Shown here in pieces: positions 37,858 through 48,454 of a DNA stretch of 64,000 nucleotides (its first letter is position 1; each line of letters starts with the position of its first letter). Source of the stretch: Gammaproteobacteria bacterium (GTDB lineage Bacteria; Pseudomonadota; Gammaproteobacteria; Steroidobacterales; Woeseiaceae); NCBI GenBank assembly GCA_030429005.1, contig JAUIDP010000005.1, positions 9,525-73,524 of the forward strand, read 5' to 3'. A model generated the notes under the pieces. That model saw only the letters and a program-made list of their open reading frames with translations. It was not told the DNA's origin and searched no databases. Made by a program: the position numbers and the translations under genes.

Positions 37858-38271
37858 ATGAACACATTCCTGCGCCAGCGTCTGTTCCGCCAGTTTGCCG
37901 CCGTGTTGCTGCTCGCAACGCTGGGCGTGCGCGCACTGCTGCCGGCAGGCTACATGCCCGGCAACCTGCTGGATGGAAAGTTCGCAGAACTTTGCCCGGT
38001 CGCCAGTGCCGCGACTTTCACCTTGTTGGCCGCAGACACCACGCACCACCACCACGGCCAGCATGGCAATGGTGAGCGAGACGACGCAGCGTACAGCATC
38101 GATTCTGCCTGCCCGATCGGGTCATCGTTATTCGCGGACGCATTGCCGGCCGCGGATATCACGATCAGCCCGGTGCCGCGCCCAAGAGACTTCGAACGCG
38201 CTACGCCTGGCAGTGTCTTTACCAGCAAGCCGCACCGATACTATCCCGCTCGCGCACCACCCGTTTCCTGA
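37858..38271 (+). CDS. DUF2946-like secreted protein with His tract
   Basis: Signal or TM segment followed by the LLPAGYMP motif recalled for DUF2946. HHHHGQHG tract. Conserved Cys residues. Confidence 0.55.
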   Translation: MNTFLRQRLFRQFAAVLLLATLGVRALLPAGYMPGNLLDGKFAELCPVASAATFTLLAADTTHHHHGQHGNGERDDAAYSIDSACPIGSSLFADALPAADITISPVPRPRDFERATPGSVFTSKPHRYYPARAPPVS

Positions 38272-38345
38272 CTTCTTGACGACAGCAAATTTGCCGGGCT
38301 GCCTGTGGCAGTCCGCTTCTGTTCTTGATGCAGGAATACCCCAAT

Positions 38346-39434
38346 ATGCGACACATTAGACTTTTCGCTGCAGCGCTCGCTGCGGCGACTTTTGCAACAC
38401 CCGGAATCGCTGATGATTCCGGTCACAACGGACCACTCAACGTACGTGCAGATTCGCACGCCCCGATCGGCGTTATGGCCGACCACATGCACAAGCGCGG
38501 GGAATGGATGTTCTCGTACCGTTTCATGACGATGAATATGCAAGGCAACCTGAAGGGCTCGTCGTCCATTTCGCCGGACACGATCGTTACGACAGAGCCG
38601 AACCGGTTCTTCGGCATGCCGGGAATGCCGCCCACATTGCGTATCGTACCGCTCGAAATGACGATGGACATGCACATGCTGGGCATGATGTATGCACCCA
38701 GTGACAGCCTTACATTGATGGTCATGGCCAATTACCTGGACAATTCGATGCAGCACGTCACTTACGCCGGCGGCATGGGAACTGACGAACTCGGCAACTT
38801 CAAAACCGGCACCAGCGGCTGGGGCGACTCTTCCGTCTCCGGCCTTGTTCGACTGTTCGATTCCGGGCCCACGAAACTGCATGCGATCATTGGCGTCTCG
38901 CTACCAACCGGCAGTACTGAAGAGCGCGCACGAATCCTGGCGCCGACCGGCATGACGCCAGTTGTTCGCGTGCCCTACCCGATGCAGCTCAGCTCGGGCA
39001 CTTACGACCCGATTCTCGGGTTGAGTTACTCCGGCAACAGCGAATCACTGGGCTGGGGTGCGCAGTGGCGCGGGACCTTTCGTACGACAAAGAACGACGA
39101 TGACTATCAACTGGGCGACCAGCATCGCGTGAACGCGTGGCTGAGTTACCTGTTCAGGCCGGAACTCAGTGCATCTGCACGGCTGGAGTATTTTCGTCGG
39201 GACAACATCTCGGGCCTGGACCCGATGATCATGGGACCGGTGCAGACCGCCGACCCGGACCGCCAGGCGGTCCGGCGACTGGACGCCGCAATCGGCCTGA
39301 ACTATGCCGCCTCCGGGACGCTGTACGGCTGGCGAATTGGGATCGAATATGTCCTTGCCGTGGACCAGGAACTGGACGGGCCGCAGCTGGAGACTGACGA
39401 TCAGTTGATCATCGGCCTGCAGAAATCGTTCTGA
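38346..39434 (+). CDS. Outer-membrane beta-barrel 'transporter' family protein (MetA-pathway/PF13557-like), Met/His-rich
   Basis: Start trimmed to MRHIRLFAAALAAATFATPGIA-DD. N-terminal APIGVMADHMHKRGEWMFSYRFMTMNM and MTMDMHMLGMMYAPSD. Alternating beta-strand pattern to the C-terminal ...IIGLQKSF. Confidence 0.7.
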   Translation: MRHIRLFAAALAAATFATPGIADDSGHNGPLNVRADSHAPIGVMADHMHKRGEWMFSYRFMTMNMQGNLKGSSSISPDTIVTTEPNRFFGMPGMPPTLRIVPLEMTMDMHMLGMMYAPSDSLTLMVMANYLDNSMQHVTYAGGMGTDELGNFKTGTSGWGDSSVSGLVRLFDSGPTKLHAIIGVSLPTGSTEERARILAPTGMTPVVRVPYPMQLSSGTYDPILGLSYSGNSESLGWGAQWRGTFRTTKNDDDYQLGDQHRVNAWLSYLFRPELSASARLEYFRRDNISGLDPMIMGPVQTADPDRQAVRRLDAAIGLNYAASGTLYGWRIGIEYVLAVDQELDGPQLETDDQLIIGLQKSF

Positions 39435-39443
39435 GCTGACGGT

Positions 39444-39469
39444 GCAGCCAGGACTCTACTCCTGGCTGC
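39444..39469. terminator. Bidirectional stem-loop between convergent genes
   Basis: GCAGCCAGGA (39444-39453), loop CTCTAC, TCCTGGCTGC (39460-39469): a perfect 10-bp stem. It lies 10 nt after the plus-strand stop and overlaps the last codons of the minus-strand gene. Confidence 0.4.
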
Positions 39470-39902
39470 GCCAAATCTCGACTTCGCGTCCCGACACCGA
39501 ACTCTCGACAATAATGTCACCGGACTTGCACGGCGCAACGCCCAGTGAGTCTTCGCAGGTCTTCAGCTTCTTGAGGCGTTCGGCATGCGGCACCAGTGAT
39601 GCTGCTGTCTCGGTTGGTTCTACATCGCGCCAGTCGTCGCTGTTGCTTGCCGCCTTCGCGTCTTCCAGGCTGGCGAACGACTTGCTCTCGCGTGCCGAAG
39701 CCGCACAACCCGACTTCTGCCGATTGACAATGACGTTGTCAAACTGATCTTTCAGCGTGACCAGTTCCTGCAGGGCAACTTCGCATTCCGCCCGGGTAAG
39801 AAACTGCATCTCAATTTCGTTTTCCTGGCAGACGGTCTTCCCGGCCGGAGCGACACACTCGCTCAGCGTCAACACAAAAACCTGGATCCATGTTGTGTCC
39901 AT
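39456..39902 (-). CDS. Hypothetical Cys-containing protein (148 aa)
   Basis: ATG preceded by AGAGG. Balanced composition. No recognised domain and no clear signal peptide. Confidence 0.5.
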   Translation of the reverse strand: MDTTWIQVFVLTLSECVAPAGKTVCQENEIEMQFLTRAECEVALQELVTLKDQFDNVIVNRQKSGCAASARESKSFASLEDAKAASNSDDWRDVEPTETAASLVPHAERLKKLKTCEDSLGVAPCKSGDIIVESSVSGREVEIWRSQE

Positions 39903-39995
39903 GACCGACCTCTATCTTGTTTTGTTGTGCTTACAGATTAGCAAAAACTTCTGCTCCACAGCGAATGCTGCTGCTGTTTAGGGCAAAATCACTAT

Positions 39996-41195
39996 ATGTT
40001 CACAGAGTTGCAAATACCCGCAGGCCGGCGCCCTTTGTCGCGCACAGAGGCGCAGCTCTCAATTGTCGGTGGCCTGGCATTTACCATAATGATCCTGCTG
40101 GCGATTTTCGAAGAATTCTCGTACGGCCGGCTCAGTGTCCTGTTCATTCTCCTTTTCTGGGTGCCGTTGCTGGTTCTGCACGAGGCTGGCCACGCGATCG
40201 CTGCGCGACTGCTCGGCTGGCGTGTGCGCGAAATCGTCATCGGTTTCGGCCGCGAACTCTGGCGCTGGCAACTGGGCGAGACCCGGGTTGTCATCAAGCT
40301 CGCACCCATCGAAGGCTACGTCCTGCCGGCACCGACTTCGGCGCAGCACATGCGCTTGAAGAGCGCGCTGATCTACGCGGCAGGACCCGGCGCTGAACTG
40401 CTGTTGCTCGCCGCCATGCTGCTGGTACTGGGCAAGGACTACGTCTTCGGCAGTGCCGGTAGTGTCGAACAGGTTGCAGCATACAGCCTCGCCATCGCTA
40501 TCCTGCTTGGTGCCGGCTTCAACCTGCTGCCTTTCAGTACCGGTGGCGCCGTCAGCGACGGTCTCGGCATCCTGTCCAGCCCATTTATGTCGGAAGAAAC
40601 CATACAGCTACGACTACTGGCCGTGGAACTGCGCGAAATCACGCGCTTGCTGGAGTCCGGCAGTAACGCCAGGGCACTGGACGTCGCGCAGAAGCTGTTG
40701 AGGGACTTCCCGGACAACCGCGCCCTGCAGGCCATCTACGCCAGCACGCTGGCCGCAGATCGGCAACTGGAAACCGCTCGCGAATTCGTGCGCCGGCAAC
40801 TGGCCACAGCCGGCGACGAGCCTGGCACCACTTTGGCGTGGCTGCAGCGCCAGGCACGCATCGAACTGGAGGCCGAGGAACCGGCCTGGCTGGTATTTGA
40901 CCTGGCGCTGCAAAAAGCAACCGCACTGGCACCCGGTAATCTCGAGAACCGGGCACTGAAAGCGATGTCAATGGTTTTGCGCGGGTCGGCCGCAGAAGGC
41001 GGCGAGCAACTGGCGGAAACCTGGCGCAGCAACCATGGCGAAATCGACGATGCGGAACTGCTGGCCTACCTCGCGATCGCTGCCCACCGCGTCGGGGACA
41101 GGAACGCCAGCGGCCGCTTCCGGTCCGTGTTCGACAGCGTCAACAAATCCGCGCGGCTGCGTGCGCTGGTGTCTCGCCACATGAGCTCTGCGTGA
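39996..41195 (+). CDS. Site-2 protease family (peptidase M50) membrane metalloprotease with C-terminal helical-repeat (TPR-like) domain
   Basis: HEAGHAIAARLLG (HExxH within a TM helix) and NLLPFSTGGAVSDG (second M50 motif). The C-terminal half, about 200 aa, is Ala/Leu-rich and helical. Confidence 0.8.
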   Translation: MFTELQIPAGRRPLSRTEAQLSIVGGLAFTIMILLAIFEEFSYGRLSVLFILLFWVPLLVLHEAGHAIAARLLGWRVREIVIGFGRELWRWQLGETRVVIKLAPIEGYVLPAPTSAQHMRLKSALIYAAGPGAELLLLAAMLLVLGKDYVFGSAGSVEQVAAYSLAIAILLGAGFNLLPFSTGGAVSDGLGILSSPFMSEETIQLRLLAVELREITRLLESGSNARALDVAQKLLRDFPDNRALQAIYASTLAADRQLETAREFVRRQLATAGDEPGTTLAWLQRQARIELEAEEPAWLVFDLALQKATALAPGNLENRALKAMSMVLRGSAAEGGEQLAETWRSNHGEIDDAELLAYLAIAAHRVGDRNASGRFRSVFDSVNKSARLRALVSRHMSSA

Positions 41196-41271
41196 GCGCT
41201 GACAGGCCAACCGGTAGCAACCGGCCAGGACTCAGCTCGGCAGGATACCTGCACCGGTCGGGCCGGACTGT

Positions 41272-42525
41272 TCAGCTTGCAAGAAGCAATGCCACGGCAT
41301 CAGTTGCTGAAAAACAGGCGCCGTGCACTGTGGCGTAGAACCGGGTCGACGTCGCTTCGCCAGCGAAATACATTCTGTTATCAACCGGCATCGCGAGGGC
41401 CTGGCGTTGTGCTTGCGCACCTGGGACAGCGTAACTGTATGCGCCACGGGTCCACTCGTCACCGTCCCAGGCAGACACGATCCTGCAGCGGGTCACCGGG
41501 GTAGCCGCATTGCCCAGGACTTGTCGCAGTCGCGCGAGAATGTAATCCAGCGTTGCTGCCTCGCCCGAGCGCTCCATCCACGCGGCCAGGCGCCCGCCGG
41601 TCGTAACCTCGATGCAGTCATGGCCGCACGGCCGATTTCGAAAATGCAGTGGATCCTCTTCGCCAAACCGGGTCGTGAAGCTCGCACCCGGTTCACTCGG
41701 GAGTGGTTTTTCGAAGACGATGCCAACGCGCATGCAACTGCCCATCGGGAGTTCGCGAATCGCAGCCAGTTTCCATTCCGGCAATCCTGGAACAAACCTG
41801 ATTTGCCGGTTTGCGAGCACACTGCTGGACACCGTCAGGAGTACCTTCGCCGCTCGCAGCGTCCCCCTGTTTGTCCGAACCCGAACAACCGGACCCGACG
41901 TATCGATTTCCGACACGGCTGAATTCAGCGTTACAGGCACATCAGCGCCATGGCGCGCCACCAGGTTGCCGAATCCCGACCTGACAGCGAGGTCGATTCC
42001 GCACTGCCGGTACGCGGACGCATCCCGAACGGAGATCATGTCGACGTCGCAGCTATAGTTCTGGCCGAAAAAAAGGTAGAAATACGGTGCCCAGGGACTG
42101 TCATTGTCGATGACATCCACTACCGGCCGATCCGGTCCGGCCGCGGCCGCCGCAGTCATGTGCGCGACCTGGCGATCGAAGAACGCGACGAACGCCTCGC
42201 ATGCATCTGGCGGCAGCCAGTTGCCGTCCACAAAATGCCTGCCCGCAACATAGTGGTCCTGCTCCGGCACGACCTTGCTGTTCAAATCCCGGGCAATCCT
42301 GGCAAACGGGTTGACCTGGTCAGAATGTATCCAGTGTGCACCCAAGTCGAACGGCATATTGCTGTCGAGCATTTCTGTGTAGACGCGGCCACCGATTCGA
42401 TGAGATGCCTCGAGCAGGCGAAAACTGCGGCCCGCGGTTTGCAGCGCCCTCGCCGCGGTCAGGCCGGCTACGCCGGCGCCAACAATCGCGACTTCCGTAT
42501 CGATACTCCTGCCAGGCCCGCTCAC
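41272..42525 (-). CDS. Flavin-containing amine oxidase family protein
   Basis: Dinucleotide-binding VAIVGAGVAGLTAARAL...LLEASHRIGGR. C-terminal MYFAGEATS motif. Confidence 0.85.
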   Translation of the reverse strand: MSGPGRSIDTEVAIVGAGVAGLTAARALQTAGRSFRLLEASHRIGGRVYTEMLDSNMPFDLGAHWIHSDQVNPFARIARDLNSKVVPEQDHYVAGRHFVDGNWLPPDACEAFVAFFDRQVAHMTAAAAAGPDRPVVDVIDNDSPWAPYFYLFFGQNYSCDVDMISVRDASAYRQCGIDLAVRSGFGNLVARHGADVPVTLNSAVSEIDTSGPVVRVRTNRGTLRAAKVLLTVSSSVLANRQIRFVPGLPEWKLAAIRELPMGSCMRVGIVFEKPLPSEPGASFTTRFGEEDPLHFRNRPCGHDCIEVTTGGRLAAWMERSGEAATLDYILARLRQVLGNAATPVTRCRIVSAWDGDEWTRGAYSYAVPGAQAQRQALAMPVDNRMYFAGEATSTRFYATVHGACFSATDAVALLLAS

Positions 42526-43106
42526 AGTCGCTTCGCGAGCTCCCCTGCAGTTTCAGCCCAGCCCCTGACCCGTACTGCCTGCAGTCCGGCCTGCCGGGCC
42601 GCGGCCACGTTGCCGGGGCTGTCGTCGAAGAACAGGATGTCAACCGGGTCGCAGCCGAAGTGTTCGATAACGTCGTGAAAGGCAGCCGGATCCGGCTTGG
42701 CGTTACCGGTCTCATAGGAAAGGAACAGCCGCTCGAACCCGTCAAACACGTCCGACTGCCCGGCAACGTGTTGCCAGTGGATTTCGTTGGTATTGGACAA
42801 CAACGCAACTGCATGCGTCGACGTCAGCTGCCGCAAGCTGTTTTCGACGCCATCGAACATGGGCAGATGCCAGCGCCGCAACGCCGCATCAAATGCGGCT
42901 CCGCTCGCAAAACCCAGTTGGGCGCCCAGGCCCTCCGCAAATTGCCGTCTCGACAGTCGGCCGGTTTCAAAATCCCTGACCAGCGGGGAATTCAGCCAGA
43001 CCGCCCAGAATTCTTCGGTCGTCATTTGCAGGCCGATGGATTTCGCCGGGTCCGCCAGGTCTACGAGTACGCCACCGAGGTCGAAGAGCAGGATCGGTCG
43101 TTGCAT
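42522..43106 (-). CDS. HAD-superfamily hydrolase (subfamily IA-like phosphatase)
   Basis: Start trimmed to MQRPILLFDLGGVLVDL (ATG at 43106). LLSNTN and FFDDSPGNVAAARQAGL motifs. 4-nt overlap with the downstream amine oxidase gene. Confidence 0.8.
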   Translation of the reverse strand: MQRPILLFDLGGVLVDLADPAKSIGLQMTTEEFWAVWLNSPLVRDFETGRLSRRQFAEGLGAQLGFASGAAFDAALRRWHLPMFDGVENSLRQLTSTHAVALLSNTNEIHWQHVAGQSDVFDGFERLFLSYETGNAKPDPAAFHDVIEHFGCDPVDILFFDDSPGNVAAARQAGLQAVRVRGWAETAGELAKRL

Positions 43107-43108
43107 CG

Positions 43109-44437
43109 TCAGTCCGGTGACTTCGCGTTCCAGACGAACAGCGCGAGTATGAGTGAAACGACCGCCGACCCGATCCACAATTCGGATGCGGTATCAAAGT
43201 TGTAGACAGTCTTTCCCGCCACGGTCTCGGTTCCGTCATGGATCATGCGACCGCTGATAATGTCCTGGATGCCCGCTCCCAGATAGCTGGCAACGCCGAT
43301 CGCCCCGAGCGCCGCGCCGGACGCTTCCTTGGAGCAGATATCCACCGCCATCAGCCCACCCAGGTAGACCATGAGTGCACCGACGCCAAACCCGCACAAG
43401 ACCATGGCTGCCGCGTCCCACCAGAAACTGGCAGGGCCGTGCACGAACCAGTACGTACCGGCGATCAATGTCAGGCCGAACAGCAGCGCCGGAATATTCC
43501 GCCGGCCGGCGAAGCAGCGGTCTGACAGGATTCCGGAAAAAAACGTCGCCAGAATTCCGGCTGCAGCGTATATGAACAACAAGCGACCGGCGCCCGCAGT
43601 GTCATAGTTCTTTTCCGCCTCGAAAAACCACGCGCCCCAGCTGTTGATTGCATAGCGCGTCACGTAGAACGTCGCGCTCGACAGCATCAGGATCCACACG
43701 GCCGGATTCTTGAAGACGGCCCATTGCTTCTGCCCGACTGTCTGGTGTCGGGCAGATTCCGGCTCGCGGATCGCACTCGGCAGACCGTAGACCTCGGGCC
43801 GCTCATAGAGGAAATTCCGGATAAGTAGGGCCATCAGTGCACACATGAGACCGGACAGCCAGAACCCCCATTGCCAACCGTAGAGGCCAATGACGATTGC
43901 GATCCCAAGAAACGTGATGGCCTCGCCAATGTTGTGGCTGCTGGCCCACATGCCGTAGAACGTGCCACGCTCCTTGCCATCCCACCAGTGCGTAATCGTC
44001 ACGACACTCGACGCCGCACCGAATGACTGGAACCAGCCATTCAATGCCCAAAGAATGCAAAACAGTGTAAACGAGGTGGTAAAACCGAGCGTCAAATTGA
44101 TGATCGCGGACACGAACAGGCCGGTCGCCATGAACTGGCGGGCACTTACCCTGTCCGCGATGATGCCATTTGACAGTTTGCCGAATGCGTAGGAGAAAAA
44201 GAGTGCCGAACCGATAATGCCTGCTTCTTCGGCGTTGAATACGCCCGCATCGGCCATCGGCTTCTTTGCAATCGAGTAACTCAGCCGGCAAACGTAATAG
44301 AAACCATAACCAAGCGTTATTGACGCGAACACCGACCACCTGCGACGCCGCAGCTCTCGCTGCACTTCAGGGTCACTGGCCGAGCGCTCTGCAATCGACG
44401 AACTCTTGGCGTAGAAGCCTGCAATCAGTTCAAACAT
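43109..44437 (-). CDS. MFS transporter, organophosphate:phosphate antiporter (GlpT/UhpC-like) family
   Basis: RRRRWSVFASITLGYGFYYVCR, GKLSNGIIADR, LNGWFQSFGAASSVVTITHWWDGKERGTFYGMWASSHNIGEA. 12 TM helices. Confidence 0.88.
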   Translation of the reverse strand: MFELIAGFYAKSSSIAERSASDPEVQRELRRRRWSVFASITLGYGFYYVCRLSYSIAKKPMADAGVFNAEEAGIIGSALFFSYAFGKLSNGIIADRVSARQFMATGLFVSAIINLTLGFTTSFTLFCILWALNGWFQSFGAASSVVTITHWWDGKERGTFYGMWASSHNIGEAITFLGIAIVIGLYGWQWGFWLSGLMCALMALLIRNFLYERPEVYGLPSAIREPESARHQTVGQKQWAVFKNPAVWILMLSSATFYVTRYAINSWGAWFFEAEKNYDTAGAGRLLFIYAAAGILATFFSGILSDRCFAGRRNIPALLFGLTLIAGTYWFVHGPASFWWDAAAMVLCGFGVGALMVYLGGLMAVDICSKEASGAALGAIGVASYLGAGIQDIISGRMIHDGTETVAGKTVYNFDTASELWIGSAVVSLILALFVWNAKSPD

Positions 44438-44444
44438 TCAGCGT

Positions 44445-45242
44445 CTACCGATCCCGAACGATCGGCCAGAGCAACTGGTGTTGCGCACTGACGGGCTCAA
44501 GATTTTCGACTCCGATGAGTTCCGGATAGCGCCGTGTGATCTTCGCCGTACCGAACAACACATCCCAGAAAAACAGCAGGTTTCCGTAGTTTCCTTTGTA
44601 GAAGGTGACGCCATCGTCAAGGTGCTTGCCGTGATGAGCCCAGTGGGTCGCCGGTGTCGAAATCGTTCGCTCCAGCACCCACATGAACGGCGACAGCCAC
44701 TTGATCTCGTACAACGGTTTGTCCCACCGGACGTCCGAGTGCGCCGCGCAGATGACGAGCAGCTTGAACACGATGTAGACGGCATAAACCTTGCCGAGCC
44801 CGAGATAGACAAGCGCGCCGGAAAACCACAGTCCCGGCATCAAGAGGTAGTAGAAAATATTGTTGCGATAGACAATGCGAATACTCATGTACTCGGCATC
44901 GTGATGCGGCCGATGCAGCTCGTACAGCCACTTGACGTTGTGCGTAATCCGGTGCCACCAGTATTGCGTCAGGTCATCGAAGATCAACAGAATACCGATC
45001 TGCGCCAGGATCGGCAGGCCAATCAGCGCGTCGCGAGAACCGGGCGCGACCGTCGCCGCGAGAAAAAAACCGGCAGCCAGGACGAACGGCTGGGTCAGCA
45101 GGACCAGCGTCAGCGTGCTGACAACTTCAACCACGCCGTCCTTTTGCCGTTGCCGGGGCTTGCGAAACAGGTTCGTACGCAGCAACTCGGCAAACGCAAA
45201 GAACAGGAAAATCGACAAGATCGCTATGGTTTCCGGCCGCAC
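44445..45242 (-). CDS. Fatty-acid hydroxylase / sterol desaturase superfamily membrane di-iron oxygenase
   Basis: His boxes HRITH, HRPHH and HWAHHGKH in a 4-TM scaffold. Confidence 0.85.
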   Translation of the reverse strand: MRPETIAILSIFLFFAFAELLRTNLFRKPRQRQKDGVVEVVSTLTLVLLTQPFVLAAGFFLAATVAPGSRDALIGLPILAQIGILLIFDDLTQYWWHRITHNVKWLYELHRPHHDAEYMSIRIVYRNNIFYYLLMPGLWFSGALVYLGLGKVYAVYIVFKLLVICAAHSDVRWDKPLYEIKWLSPFMWVLERTISTPATHWAHHGKHLDDGVTFYKGNYGNLLFFWDVLFGTAKITRRYPELIGVENLEPVSAQHQLLWPIVRDR

Positions 45243-45476
45243 GACAACCCCGCATATGGCTGGCTGTCAGTATACCGTCGAAATTGTGGCGTTTAGGCCC
45301 TTTCATTCCGGCCGGAACCTGCTATAGTCCGCGGCGTCCTGGCGCACATCGGTCTGCGCCCAGCACTTCGCACCGCAAACCCGCGGCGCGCGAAGCCACT
45401 ACAAATACCAGCCTGGACCGAATCTTGCGCAGCAGCGTGCTGCCCTCGAGTCAGGCGTCCTGGAGTAAACAAGCAA

Positions 45477-46727
<1,251 letters not shown>

Positions 46728-46778
46728 CTATAAAGCGGTGTTGGAACTCCCTGTGGCGATTGTCGTATCCTGACCGGC

Positions 46779-47447
46779 ATGCGAATTCGAAATCTGATCT
46801 TGTGCTGTGCATTCGGCGCGGGGCTGCTGGCCTGTACCAGCCAGCCCACCGTCAGCGAGTCACTGCAGAGCTTCGCAGGTGGCATGCCCGTTGACCTCAG
46901 CGGCTCGTGGGAACGCGACTATTCCCGAAGCGATGACATCCAGGCGGCGCTGAACAGCACGATGCGGCGAATCTACCGCGCGCCGTCGGACGTCACGCGC
47001 CCGGCACCACCGCAGAATCTCGACAGGGTCGTTGCGCTTGCCCGGTTCGCAGACGTCATCACGCAGTTCGATGTCATGGAGATCACCCAGGACGACTACG
47101 AGATCAAGATCGCCCGCAAGGACGATTTCACGATGCTGTGCGAATTTGATAACGGCAATTCCAAGCGCACCGAAAGCGAGTTCGGGGCCGAGGTTTGTGG
47201 CTGGAACGGCAGCCAGCTGACCTCTTACCTGGTGTTGCCGGACGACCTCCTGGTCAGCAATCGCTATACCCTGTCCGGCGACGGCAACAGCCTGCATGTC
47301 GCGACAACCGTGTCGTCCGGCTCGAGTCGTACACCGTTCACGATCAATCGCGTCTACATGAAGTTCGAGCCGCCCGAGTCTGACTTCAATTGTATTGAGA
47401 CGCTCAGCATGAAACGCGTTTGCAGCACCGGGGAAATAGTTCCTTGA
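46779..47447 (+). CDS. Hypothetical lipoprotein (222 aa)
   Basis: Lipobox GLLAC-T. No recognised domain. Confidence 0.6.
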   Translation: MRIRNLILCCAFGAGLLACTSQPTVSESLQSFAGGMPVDLSGSWERDYSRSDDIQAALNSTMRRIYRAPSDVTRPAPPQNLDRVVALARFADVITQFDVMEITQDDYEIKIARKDDFTMLCEFDNGNSKRTESEFGAEVCGWNGSQLTSYLVLPDDLLVSNRYTLSGDGNSLHVATTVSSGSSRTPFTINRVYMKFEPPESDFNCIETLSMKRVCSTGEIVP

Positions 47448-48454
47448 CCCGTCGGTGGTTCGCCGTCGCAGCCCTGCTCGTCGCGTCGGCTGGATTTGCC
47501 GAAACCGCGCGCGACCCGGCACACCTGAACATCTCGGTCGCGCTGTTCGATACCGGTGTTCCGGAGAATCGTGCCCTGCATCGCGACCTCGAAATCTTTC
47601 CGCGCGTCCGCAAGATCGAAGCGCTGTACCTGCCGTTCGTCCTGCGCAAGACACTGACAGCGTCGGGCGAATGGGGTGCAATCCGGGTCGTACCCGACTC
47701 GGACGTCGCGGCGGAGCTGCTGATTTACGGCACGATCATACGGTCAGACGGCGATGTGCTCGGCCTGCAAATTCGTGCCGTCGACGCCAGTGGCCGCGTC
47801 TGGACCGACAATGTCTTCTCCGGCCCGACCAGCAACGAGGATATCTACCAGGCTATTGCCGACGCCTTGCTGGCGATGCGGCAGACGCTCGATGAGCGGG
47901 CGCTGCGCAATATTATCGAAACCTCGCTGTTGCGATACGGGCAGCAGCTTGCGCCAATGGCATTCGATGAATACCTGCAGGAAAACGCTGACGGAACTTT
48001 CACGATTCTGCGATTGCCGGCAAGCAACGACCCGATGCTCGAGCGGATCGAACGACTGCGCGGCGTCGAGTACGTTTTTACCGACGCCGTCGATGCGAAA
48101 TTTCGTGAACTCAGCACCGACGTGGCCACCGTGCATGAACTCTGGCGCGAGTACCGGCGCCAGTTCAAGCGATTCCAGCAGGAGGAGTCGCTGCGCGTTC
48201 AAACGAAGCCTTCAAGCTTCGAGCGTGGCAGCTATGACTCGATGATGGAGCGCTACGAGACCTACAAATGGGATCGCCAGGCTGCCGAGGAACAGGAAAA
48301 CTGGGCCGTGGGTTTTGAAAACGAAATGGGCCCGACGATCACGGCCATCGAAGAGCGTGTTGAGGAACTCGAAGGCTGGGTCGAAAGCCGCTACGCCGAG
48401 TGGCAGCGCATCCTCGGCGAATTGTTCGAACTCGAGACTGAATTGCCGGACTAG
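47420..48454 (+). CDS. Hypothetical secreted protein (about 336-344 aa)
   Basis: Signal peptide RRWFAVAALLVASAGFA-ET. The likelier start is TTG 47444, overlapping the upstream TGA (TTGA). The C-terminal third is charged and helical. No recognised domain. Confidence 0.6.
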   Translation: MQHRGNSSLTRRWFAVAALLVASAGFAETARDPAHLNISVALFDTGVPENRALHRDLEIFPRVRKIEALYLPFVLRKTLTASGEWGAIRVVPDSDVAAELLIYGTIIRSDGDVLGLQIRAVDASGRVWTDNVFSGPTSNEDIYQAIADALLAMRQTLDERALRNIIETSLLRYGQQLAPMAFDEYLQENADGTFTILRLPASNDPMLERIERLRGVEYVFTDAVDAKFRELSTDVATVHELWREYRRQFKRFQQEESLRVQTKPSSFERGSYDSMMERYETYKWDRQAAEEQENWAVGFENEMGPTITAIEERVEELEGWVESRYAEWQRILGELFELETELPD

